Shown: positions 38,217 to 46,390 of the stretch, in pieces
Numbering within the stretch: position 1 is the stretch's first letter
Layout: the number at the start of each line of letters is the position of its first letter
DNA from: an uncultured Flavobacteriales bacterium
Lineage (GTDB): Bacteria; Bacteroidota; Bacteroidia; Flavobacteriales; BACL11
NCBI GenBank assembly: GCA_949372805.1
Contig: CASIBH010000013.1
Coordinates: 14,342 to 78,341, forward strand
Direction of reading: 5' to 3'
DNA: 64,000 nucleotides
Program-made: the position numbers and the translations under genes
The notes under the pieces: generated by a model
Seen by the model: the letters and a program-made list of their open reading frames with translations, nothing else
What the model was told of the DNA's origin: nothing
Databases searched by the model: none

Positions 38217-39471
38217 TTAAAAAGTAATTTTTTTTACCTTTCTGAATCAATATATATTTTTCATTAATTAAGATTGAGTCTGATAATTTAAAATCTGCTG
38301 ATATTTTATCTTTATTAATACTTACAGCGTTAGAATTGATCATTCTTCTGGCTTCCCCTTTACTTTGAAAAACTGAAGTTTTAACAGCTAAGAAATCTAA
38401 AATATCGTCAGATAAATTTCTTTTTGATATAGAAAATGAAGGAACTCCTTTGAAAACTGATAGAAATGTGTCTTCATCTAAAGACATTAGGTCATCGCTA
38501 GTAGATTTCCCAAATAAAATAGTAGAAGCTTTAATTGCCATGTCTAAGTCTTTTGAGCCATGAACTCTTTTTGTAATATCTTCAGCTAAGGATTTTTGTA
38601 GTAGCCTAATATTGGGAGCTGTATCATGTTCTTTTATTAGAGATGTAATTTCTTTCTCATTTTGAAGCGTAAAAATCTTAATATATTTTTTTGCATCTTC
38701 ATCTGATGAATTTAGCCAAAATTGGTAAAATTTGTAGCATGATGTTTTTGTTTTATCTAGCCAAATGTTCCCCTCTTCTGTTTTTCCAAATTTACCTCCG
38801 TCTGCTTTCTTTATCAATGGAGTTGTTACTGCAAAAGCATGCCCCCCATCTTTTCTTCTTATTAATTCTGTTCCAGTAACTATATTTCCCCATTGGTCTG
38901 AGCCACCAAGCTGTACTTTACAGTTTTTGTTTTTCCAAAGCCAATAAAAGTCATATCCTTGTACCAGTTGGTATGTAAACTCAGTAAAACTTAAGCCTGT
39001 TTCAAGTCGAGATTTAACGGAGTCTTTAGCTATCATGTAATTAATCGAAATATGTTTACCAATATCCCTAATGAAATCTAAAAAATTAAGATCTTTAAAC
39101 CAATCAAAATTATTTACTACTTCAGCTGAGTTTGCTCCACAGTCAAAATTAAGAAATTTTTTAAGTTGATTTTTAACACAGTTTAAATTATGATCAAGTG
39201 TCTTTTTGTCAAGCAGATTTCTTTCTTTTGATTTGCCAGAAGGATCCCCAACCATACCTGTTGCTCCTCCAACAAGAGCATATGGTTTATGTCCAGATCT
39301 TTGCAGGTGAACAAGTATCATGATTTGAACTAAACTACCAATATGTAATGAATCTGCTGTTGGATCAAAACCAATATATGCAGAAGTTAATTCTTTTTCA
39401 AATTGTTCTTCTGTTCCAGGCATTATATCATGAATCATGCCTCTCCATTGTAATTCTTTTACAAAATTCAT
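38203..39471 (-). CDS. tyrS: tyrosine--tRNA ligase
   Basis: HIGH-type ([10 protein letters not shown]), KMSKS-type (KFGKTEEG) and a C-terminal S4-like domain. Confidence 0.95.
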   Translation of the reverse strand: MNFVKELQWRGMIHDIMPGTEEQFEKELTSAYIGFDPTADSLHIGSLVQIMILVHLQRSGHKPYALVGGATGMVGDPSGKSKERNLLDKKTLDHNLNCVKNQLKKFLNFDCGANSAEVVNNFDWFKDLNFLDFIRDIGKHISINYMIAKDSVKSRLETGLSFTEFTYQLVQGYDFYWLWKNKNCKVQLGGSDQWGNIVTGTELIRRKDGGHAFAVTTPLIKKADGGKFGKTEEGNIWLDKTKTSCYKFYQFWLNSSDEDAKKYIKIFTLQNEKEITSLIKEHDTAPNIRLLQKSLAEDITKRVHGSKDLDMAIKASTILFGKSTSDDLMSLDEDTFLSVFKGVPSFSISKRNLSDDILDFLAVKTSVFQSKGEARRMINSNAVSINKDKISADFKLSDSILINEKYILIQKGKKNYFLIIVE

Positions 39472-39564
39472 TAATTCTTTTTTTTCAAAGTAAGTAATAT
39501 TATTTCTCTTTATATATAGAAAATAAAAATAAATTCATCCTTAGATATATGTATCTTTACCATT

Positions 39565-40569
39565 ATGATTTTTTTAACAGGAGGAACAGGACTAGTTGGT
39601 TCACATATTTTGCTAAGACTTTCTCAGCAAGGAAAAAAGGTTTTAGCCCTAAGAAGAGATTCTAGCAGTCTTGAAGTTTGCAGAAGAGTTTTTACACAAT
39701 ACAATGCTATACATTTATTTCATAATATTTGTTGGGAAAAGGGTGATTTGAATAATATACCTATTCTTGAAAAATGTATTTCAAAATGTAATTATGTGAT
39801 ACATGCTGCAGCACTTGTGTCTTTTCATCCAGAAGATAAGGATAGATTAGTAGATGTTAATATTAATGGAACTGCAAATATTATGAATATATCTATTGAC
39901 TTTAAAATTGAAAAATGTTTATATATTAGTTCAATTGCTACTTTGGGAAGAAATTCAACATATGATATTGTAGATGAAAATTGTAATTTTAAAATATCCA
40001 ATATTGAAAGTAATTACTCTATAAGTAAATACATGGCAGAGCAAGAAGTTTGGAGAGCAAGTAATGAAGGGTTAGATGTAATTATTGTCAACCCTTCTGT
40101 TATTTTAGGACCAGGTGATTGGGAAAAAGGAAGCTCTAGAATTTTTCACTCTATCTATAATGGCTTAAGATTTTTTCCTCCTGGAAAAACAGGCTTTGTT
40201 GATGTAGATGATGTTGCAAATATTGTTGTTAAATTACTATTTCTAAAAGTTAAAAACGAGAGGTTTATATTAAATGGTGTAAATACTTCGTATGAAGCTG
40301 TTTTTAATTTAATTGCAGATAAATTTGATATGAAAAGACCAAATATCCGTGTAACACCATTTTTAAAAGAGATTGGTTGGCGAATTGAAAAGTTTAGATC
40401 TTTGATTCTTCAGAAAAAATCATTAATTACAAAAGAAACTGCTGAAAGTGGGATGAGAGAAAGTAGGTTCAGTGCAGAAAAGGTAGAAAAAACACTTAAT
40501 TATAATTTTAAGCCTATTGATGAGACAATTACAAAGTACTGTGATCTTTATCTAAAAGATTTAGGGTAG
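39565..40569 (+). CDS. NAD-dependent epimerase/dehydratase family (extended SDR)
   Basis: LTGGTGLVGSHI Rossmann motif and catalytic YSISK (YxxxK). Confidence 0.75.
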   Translation: MIFLTGGTGLVGSHILLRLSQQGKKVLALRRDSSSLEVCRRVFTQYNAIHLFHNICWEKGDLNNIPILEKCISKCNYVIHAAALVSFHPEDKDRLVDVNINGTANIMNISIDFKIEKCLYISSIATLGRNSTYDIVDENCNFKISNIESNYSISKYMAEQEVWRASNEGLDVIIVNPSVILGPGDWEKGSSRIFHSIYNGLRFFPPGKTGFVDVDDVANIVVKLLFLKVKNERFILNGVNTSYEAVFNLIADKFDMKRPNIRVTPFLKEIGWRIEKFRSLILQKKSLITKETAESGMRESRFSAEKVEKTLNYNFKPIDETITKYCDLYLKDLG

Positions 40570-40902
40570 TTTGTTTTTATCTTTAATTAATTCTTCTAAA
40601 ACATTTTCATAAATTTCATCTAATTCATTTGTTTTAGTGCTATAATGCTTTATTGATCTCTCAAAGTCATTTACTTCGACACTATAGCTTTTAAATATAG
40701 AATCATATTCAATCTTTAAAAGATTTTTTGCTGCATCAATATTTTTGTTTTTATTAATTTCATATTTAGCTTCTGCTAAATGAATTGCTTTAATTATATG
40801 AGTAAAGTTTTGTTTCCCAATAATAATTTTATCATTTTTAGATTGTTCTGTTTGGCATCCAAAAAGAAAAATAAGTATGTAAAATATATATAAATAATTC
40901 AT
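40561..40902 (-). CDS. DUF4296-like lipoprotein
   Basis: Lipobox LFGC, an HLAEA motif, and a position downstream of dihydroorotase, as I recall for DUF4296 genes in Flavobacteriia. Confidence 0.5.
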   Translation of the reverse strand: MNYLYIFYILIFLFGCQTEQSKNDKIIIGKQNFTHIIKAIHLAEAKYEINKNKNIDAAKNLLKIEYDSIFKSYSVEVNDFERSIKHYSTKTNELDEIYENVLEELIKDKNKLP

Positions 40903-40988
40903 CTTACAAATTTATAATAAATCGATTTAACATGTATAATATCTTGTAAATAAATGTCTTAACTTATCAATATTGCTAATATATATGC

Positions 40989-40996
40989 TATATTTG
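40989..40996 (+). promoter_or_regulatory. -7 box TATATTTG for the mini-lipoprotein gene
   Basis: Exact TAnnTTTG match 23 nt upstream of ATG 41020. Confidence 0.4.
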
Positions 40997-41019
40997 AATT
41001 TTAAAACAAAAAAAAAACT

Positions 41020-41247
41020 ATGAAAAATTTATTTTATTTATCACTTATCTGTGTCTTTATCGCATGTGGTGGAGGAACAGAAGAAGCTCCTGCAGAAGCA
41101 GTTCCGGCTAATGCTGCTCCAGAGGCAATTGTTGCTGACTTAGGTTGTAAAACTGAAGGAGGTAAGTGTTTAGGAGATCATTCGTGCTGTGCAGTTTCTG
41201 AAGAAACAGAAGCAACAGAAGATGCTACAGAGGAAGTTAATGACTAA
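41020..41247 (+). CDS. orphan acidic Cys-rich mini-lipoprotein (75 aa)
   Basis: Lipobox VFIAC-GGG, then an Ala/Glu/Pro-rich linker, a C-x6-C-x5-CC cluster with Asp-His (CKTEGGKCLGDHSCC) and an acidic tail. It is flanked by a consensus -7 box and a hairpin plus T-run. Confidence 0.5.
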   Translation: MKNLFYLSLICVFIACGGGTEEAPAEAVPANAAPEAIVADLGCKTEGGKCLGDHSCCAVSEETEATEDATEEVND

Positions 41248-41277
41248 GACTAGCTAAATTTCTACAAATTAAAAAAA

Positions 41278-41302
41278 GTATCCATTTGGGTGCTTTTTTT
41301 TT
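41278..41302 (+). terminator. putative intrinsic terminator after the mini-lipoprotein gene
   Basis: GUAUCC-AUUU-GGGUGC hairpin (6 bp, two of them G-U) followed by nine T residues and preceded by A7. The pairing degrades to C-A mismatches on the minus-strand transcript. Confidence 0.35.
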
Positions 41303-42632
41303 ATCTATTAAATGCTAATCTCATTCCTTTTTTTGTGCTATCAAAAATGCCATTTGAATAAACAAGGTTTCCATTTACAAATGTATGTTTAATTTCTCCT
41401 TGTAGAGATTCTCCTTCAAGGGGAGACCATTTGCATTTGTAATGAAGGTCTTCTTTTTTAACAATTATCTTTTTTGCAATATCTACAAGTACTAAATCAG
41501 CAAAGTAATTCTCTCTTATAAAACCTCTATTACTAATTTTAAAACATATAGCAGGGTTGTGACACATTTTTTCTACAATTTTTTCAATAGTAATTTTTTT
41601 ATTTTCAACAAATTTTAGCATAATGTTTAGCCCATGTTGAACAAGTGGTCCTCCTGATGGAGCGTTAAGATATTTGTTTTGTTTTTCTTCTATTGTATGA
41701 GGAGCATGATCCGTAGCTATTACGTCTATTCTATCATCTATTAATGCTTTAAATAGATTTTCCCTGTCATTTGTTGTTTTGATTGCGGGATTCCACTTTA
41801 TAAGTGTTCCTTTTGAATCATAACTACTTGAATCAAAGTAAAGATGATGAACACAAACCTCAGAAGTTATTTTTTTGTCTTTAATATCTTTTTTATTACT
41901 GAATAAAGAAAGTTCTTTTGCTGTAGATAAATGGAAAACATGAAGTCTGGTTCCGTATTTTTTTGCCAATTCAACTGCATAGCTTGATGATTTATAACAA
42001 GCTTCTTCACTTCTAATAATAGGGTGCTGATTTATAGGAATATTATCTCCAAATTTACTTATTGCTTTTTTAGTGTTGTTTTCAATAATTGTTTCATCCT
42101 CACAATGCACGGCAATTAAACATTTTGTTTTTTTAAAAATCTCATTAAGAATTTTTTTATCGTCAACAAGCATATCTCCTGTGGATGATCCCATAAATAT
42201 TTTAATAGCACCTACATTTTTTGTGTCTGTTTTTAAAACTTCCTCTAGATTATTATTAGAAACACCCATAAAAAACGTGAAATTAGCTAAAGATTTTTCA
42301 TCACCAATTTTAAATTTCTCTTCTAATAATTTTTGTGTTAAAGTTTGTGGTTTGGTATTGGGCATTTCCATAAATGATGTGACCCCACCGCTGATTGCAG
42401 CCCTACTTTCTGATGAAATATCAGCTTTATGAGTTAGTCCGGGCTCTCTAAAATGTACTTGATCATCTATTATTCCTGGCAGTAAGTGTAAGCCAGTTGC
42501 ATCTAATACTTTGTCTGCAACTATATTTATCTCATGAGATATCTCTTTTATTAAGCCATTTTCTAAATAAATATCTGATAAAAAAGTTTTTCCCTCATTA
42601 ACTATTGTTGCATTCTTTATTAAAAAACTCAT
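41301..42632 (-). CDS. pyrC: dihydroorotase (amidohydrolase, long bacterial type)
   Basis: IDDQVHFREPGLTHK, AIKIFMG (candidate carbamylated Lys), AVHCED, HVFHLST and ATDHAPH motifs. Confidence 0.85.
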   Translation of the reverse strand: MSFLIKNATIVNEGKTFLSDIYLENGLIKEISHEINIVADKVLDATGLHLLPGIIDDQVHFREPGLTHKADISSESRAAISGGVTSFMEMPNTKPQTLTQKLLEEKFKIGDEKSLANFTFFMGVSNNNLEEVLKTDTKNVGAIKIFMGSSTGDMLVDDKKILNEIFKKTKCLIAVHCEDETIIENNTKKAISKFGDNIPINQHPIIRSEEACYKSSSYAVELAKKYGTRLHVFHLSTAKELSLFSNKKDIKDKKITSEVCVHHLYFDSSSYDSKGTLIKWNPAIKTTNDRENLFKALIDDRIDVIATDHAPHTIEEKQNKYLNAPSGGPLVQHGLNIMLKFVENKKITIEKIVEKMCHNPAICFKISNRGFIRENYFADLVLVDIAKKIIVKKEDLHYKCKWSPLEGESLQGEIKHTFVNGNLVYSNGIFDSTKKGMRLAFNR

Positions 42633-42645
42633 TTTATGATAATTA

Positions 42646-43374
42646 TTATTTCCAGCTGGTGAAAAAACTGTTTATTTTCATCTGTATTACCCCAACAAAA
42701 GCCTCAAAGAATATCCCACTACTCATTTTTGAATTACCTTCTTGTCTATCTGTAAAAATAACTGGCACCTCAAAAACTTTAAACCCCAACATCCAGCTAG
42801 TAAATTTCATTTCTATTTGAAAGGCGTATCCTACAAATTGAATTTTATCAAGATTGATTTTTTCTAATACCTTTCTACTGTAGCATTTAAATCCAGCTGT
42901 CGAGTCATGAATCGGCATGCCAGTTATCATTTTTACATATTTAGAAGCAAAGTAGGACATCAGAAGTCTACTCATTGGCCAATTTACTATGTTTACTCCA
43001 TTTACATACCTTGATCCAATTGCTACATCAGAGCCTAAATTTTCACATTGGTTAAGAAGTCTTAAAAGATCTTCGGGGTTATGAGAGAAATCAGCATCCA
43101 TTTCAAATATAAATTCATATTTTTTTTGTAGAGCCCATCTAAATCCGTGAATATATGCAGTGCCAAGACCTAATTTTCCTGATCTCTTTTCAATAAATAG
43201 TTTTTTAGAATAATTTTTTTGTAAGTTTTTTACAATATCTGCTGTTCCATCTGGAGAGCCATCATCTACTATTAAAATATGAAAATCATTTTCAAGAGAA
43301 AAAACTTTGAGAATTATTCTCTCTATATTTTCTTTCTCGTTGTATGTCGGTATTATGACTAAGTTTTTGGACAT
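42646..43374 (-). CDS. GT2 polyprenol-phosphate mannosyltransferase (Dpm1-like)
   Basis: VIIPTYNE, DDGSPDGT and EMDADFSH motifs, about 240 aa. Confidence 0.85.
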   Translation of the reverse strand: MSKNLVIIPTYNEKENIERIILKVFSLENDFHILIVDDGSPDGTADIVKNLQKNYSKKLFIEKRSGKLGLGTAYIHGFRWALQKKYEFIFEMDADFSHNPEDLLRLLNQCENLGSDVAIGSRYVNGVNIVNWPMSRLLMSYFASKYVKMITGMPIHDSTAGFKCYSRKVLEKINLDKIQFVGYAFQIEMKFTSWMLGFKVFEVPVIFTDRQEGNSKMSSGIFFEAFVGVIQMKINSFFTSWK

Positions 43375-43411
43375 TTTCTAATTTATTTTACAAATTTACT
43401 AAACTATATTA

Positions 43412-45307
43412 TTAATCCTTTTGTTTGCCCGCTATTATACTTTGTACAACAAAAGGATCTAATAACGTACTTGTATCTCCTAAGTTGTTAATATCATCAC
43501 TTGCAATTTTTCTTAAAATACGTCTCATAATTTTACCAGATCTAGTTTTTGGTAAACCATCAACAAATTGAATTTTATCAACTTTTGCTATTGGCCCTAC
43601 ATGTAGAGTAATTAATTTATTAATTTCTTCACTTAATTTTTTTTTATTTTCAGGTTTTTGATGGCAAATTACATATGCATAAACTCCATTTCCTTTAATA
43701 TTGTGTGGGAAACCTACTATTGCACTTTCACAAACATTTTCATGTTCATCTATCGCGCTTTCAATCTCAGCAGTACCTAAATTATGTCCTGATACAATAA
43801 TTACATCATCAACTCTACCAGTAATTCTGAACAATCCTTTTTCATTAATAAAACACCCATCTCCACTAAAATAATATCCCTTAAAAGCTGAGAAATAAGT
43901 TTCTCTAAATCTTTTGTGATCCCCCCAAATAGTTCTTGCCATTGATGGCCAAGGGTATTTAACACATAATTTTCCAGACTTATTTTTTTCTTGAATTTCC
44001 TTCCCTTCATCATCTAATATACACGCCTGTATTCCGGGTAATGGAAGTGTTGCAAATGTTGCTTTAGCATCTGTCACTCCTGCCAAATTTGATATCATAA
44101 TCCCTCCAGTTTCGGTTTGCCACCAGGTATCAACTATTGGACATTTGTTATTTCCAATTTCTTTATCATACCAGTTCCATGCATCTTCATTAATTGGCTC
44201 TCCAACTGTTCCAAGTACTTTTAGTGAAGATAAATTGTATTTCTTCACATACTCTAAACCATGAGCCTCGAGAGCTCTAATAGCCGTAGGCGCTGTATAA
44301 AAAATATTTACTTTATTTTCTTCTACTATTCTCCAAAATCTTCCTGCATCAGGATATGTAGGAACTCCTTCAAACATTAAAGATGTAGCTCCAGCAAGTA
44401 ATGGTCCATAAATTATATAAGAATGGCCAGTAATCCATCCAATATCTGCAGTACACCAATACATATCTCCTTCATTATATTGAAAAACATTTCTGAAAGA
44501 ATATTCTGCATAGATCATATACCCTCCAGTTGTATGAACAATTCCCTTTGGTGTTCCAGTAGAGCCAGAGGTGTAAAGAATAAACAGAGCGTCTTCAGAA
44601 TCCATTTTTTCAGCATTATTAGATAATGAAACTTTATCTATTTCATCATGCCACCAAATGTCTCTATCCTTTTGCATTTTAATACTTGAATTAGTTCTTT
44701 TTAAAACAATACATAATTTAATTGTAGGCGTTGTTTTCATTGCCTCATCAGAAATATCCTTTAGAGGCGTAATCTTTTCACCTCTAAATCCTCCATCGGA
44801 AGTAATTAGTATTTTACAGTCTGCATCATTTATTCTGTCTGATAATGACTTAGCAGAAAATCCTGCAAATACAACAGAGTGAATAGCACCAATTCTTGCG
44901 CAGGCAAGTACAGCAATTGTAAGTTCAGGTACCATTGGCATGTATAAGCAAATCCTATCACCTTTTTTGACTCCATTATTCACTAACACATTTGAAAATC
45001 TACAAACTTTTTCATGAAGCTGTAAATATGTAAGATCAACTCCTACTTCATTTGGGTTATTAGGCACCCATTTTATTGCTATTTGATTTGATTTCTTTTC
45101 AAGATGTCTATCTAAACAGTTTTCAGTAATATTAAGTTTTCCGCCTTGAAACCATTTTACTTCTGGTTTCGTAAAGTCCCATTCTAAAACTTTATCCCAT
45201 TTTTTATGCCATTTAAAATTATTTGCTTTTTCACTCCAAAATTCCTCTGGAGAATCTTTTGCTTTCCTTACTTGATCATTATATTGTTGAAGTGATGTTA
45301 TTTTCAT
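43412..45307 (-). CDS. acs: acetyl-CoA synthetase
   Basis: AMP-binding motif YTSGSTGTPKG and C-terminal SGKIMRR. The length and N-terminus are typical of Acs. Confidence 0.95.
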   Translation of the reverse strand: MKITSLQQYNDQVRKAKDSPEEFWSEKANNFKWHKKWDKVLEWDFTKPEVKWFQGGKLNITENCLDRHLEKKSNQIAIKWVPNNPNEVGVDLTYLQLHEKVCRFSNVLVNNGVKKGDRICLYMPMVPELTIAVLACARIGAIHSVVFAGFSAKSLSDRINDADCKILITSDGGFRGEKITPLKDISDEAMKTTPTIKLCIVLKRTNSSIKMQKDRDIWWHDEIDKVSLSNNAEKMDSEDALFILYTSGSTGTPKGIVHTTGGYMIYAEYSFRNVFQYNEGDMYWCTADIGWITGHSYIIYGPLLAGATSLMFEGVPTYPDAGRFWRIVEENKVNIFYTAPTAIRALEAHGLEYVKKYNLSSLKVLGTVGEPINEDAWNWYDKEIGNNKCPIVDTWWQTETGGIMISNLAGVTDAKATFATLPLPGIQACILDDEGKEIQEKNKSGKLCVKYPWPSMARTIWGDHKRFRETYFSAFKGYYFSGDGCFINEKGLFRITGRVDDVIIVSGHNLGTAEIESAIDEHENVCESAIVGFPHNIKGNGVYAYVICHQKPENKKKLSEEINKLITLHVGPIAKVDKIQFVDGLPKTRSGKIMRRILRKIASDDINNLGDTSTLLDPFVVQSIIAGKQKD

Positions 45308-45329
45308 TATTCTATAATTTATGTATCAT

Positions 45330-45337
45330 CAAATATA
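45330..45337 (-). promoter_or_regulatory. -7 box TATATTTG (minus strand) for acs
   Basis: Plus-strand caaatata is TATATTTG on the minus strand, 22 nt upstream of ATG 45307. Confidence 0.4.
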
Positions 45338-45437
45338 ATATTATTAACAATATTATTTAATTGATAATAATCATGTATTTTATTCTATTTGCAATTCTAT
45401 TCTTTTTGTAAATTAGCAATAAATAAAAAAATAAATT

Positions 45438-46337
45438 ATGAAAAAATATTTACTACTCTTTAGCATGCTTTGTTCTATTTCTTATTTGATAGCACAAGAT
45501 TGTTCAGAATTGTTTTTTTCAGAATATGTTGAAGGATATGGACAAGATAAAGCTATAGAAATATACAACCCAACATTATCAACTATTGACTTAAGTATTT
45601 ATAAAGTAGAGCGTTATTCTAATGGTTCTACTAATAGTTCTGGAGGAGGAGTTACCTCTTTGTCTGGTATGCTTGCTTCAGGAGATGCTTTTGTTTTAAC
45701 AAATGGTGATACTGATACATCAGGTCAATTTGGATATTGTGATCCAGCTCTTTATATTTTAGGAGATATGCATGCAGGACCATATCCATCCCCAATGCAT
45801 ATGAATGGTGACGACGCTATAGTATTATCAAAAGATGCAAGTATTATTGATGTTATTGGAAGAGTTGGTGAACAGCCCTCATCTGGAGCTTGGACTGATG
45901 ATGCTACATCAGGTTTTCAAATGGGCGCTTGGTGGACTGCTCAACATACTTTAGTTAGAAAGAGAACTGTTTTATTTGGTGATAATGATGGGCTTGACTT
46001 ATTTAACCCTAGTCTTGAATGGGATTCATTAGTTGTTGGTTCATGGAATAATTTAGGCTCTCATACTTGTGATTGTATAGACGGCTCTGTTGATATTAAT
46101 GACTTCAAGGAGGTTTCTTATGCGATATATCCCAATCCAGCTAATATTGGAGAAGATATTATGATTGTTGCTAATTCTAATGTTAAAAATATTGAAATTT
46201 TTGATATTTCAGGGAAAAAAGTCTTAACAACAAATTCCAAGAAAATTAATACTGAGAAATTTTCAATTGGTACTTATATCACACTAATTCATCTAAATAA
46301 TGGAGGAGTGATTGAAAATAAGATAATTATTCAGTAA
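45438..46337 (+). CDS. secreted lamin-tail-domain (LTD) protein with T9SS C-terminal sorting domain
   Basis: Signal peptide ending LIAQ. The LTD-like start LFFSEYVEGYGQDKAIEIYNPT..IDLS.YKV resembles the LTD modules of ExeM/NucH-type nucleases. The C-terminus (YPNPANIGEDIMIV ... KIIIQ) looks like a T9SS CTD. Confidence 0.7.
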   Translation: MKKYLLLFSMLCSISYLIAQDCSELFFSEYVEGYGQDKAIEIYNPTLSTIDLSIYKVERYSNGSTNSSGGGVTSLSGMLASGDAFVLTNGDTDTSGQFGYCDPALYILGDMHAGPYPSPMHMNGDDAIVLSKDASIIDVIGRVGEQPSSGAWTDDATSGFQMGAWWTAQHTLVRKRTVLFGDNDGLDLFNPSLEWDSLVVGSWNNLGSHTCDCIDGSVDINDFKEVSYAIYPNPANIGEDIMIVANSNVKNIEIFDISGKKVLTTNSKKINTEKFSIGTYITLIHLNNGGVIENKIIIQ

Positions 46338-46390
46338 ATAATTTAATTTTATAATGCTAATGTTGGATTAGTATTTTTTTAAAAATAAAT

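Noticed and set aside
41020-41247. The mini-lipoprotein gene as a horizontally acquired island (locally higher GC) or as a lanthipeptide/RiPP precursor (Ser/Thr/Cys-rich C-terminal half).
   Set aside because: The GC excess is explained by Ala/Glu/Gly/Pro codons in a 228-nt gene with native-looking promoter and terminator. The N-terminus is a lipoprotein signal rather than a RiPP leader, and no modification enzymes or transporters are nearby.
46356-46380. Possible terminator after the LTD gene (GCUAAU-GUUGG-AUUAGU followed by T7).
   Set aside because: It is only a 6-bp stem with a single G-C pair (four A-U, one G-U), too weak to call. It therefore does not settle whether the LTD gene is transcribed separately from the TBDR.
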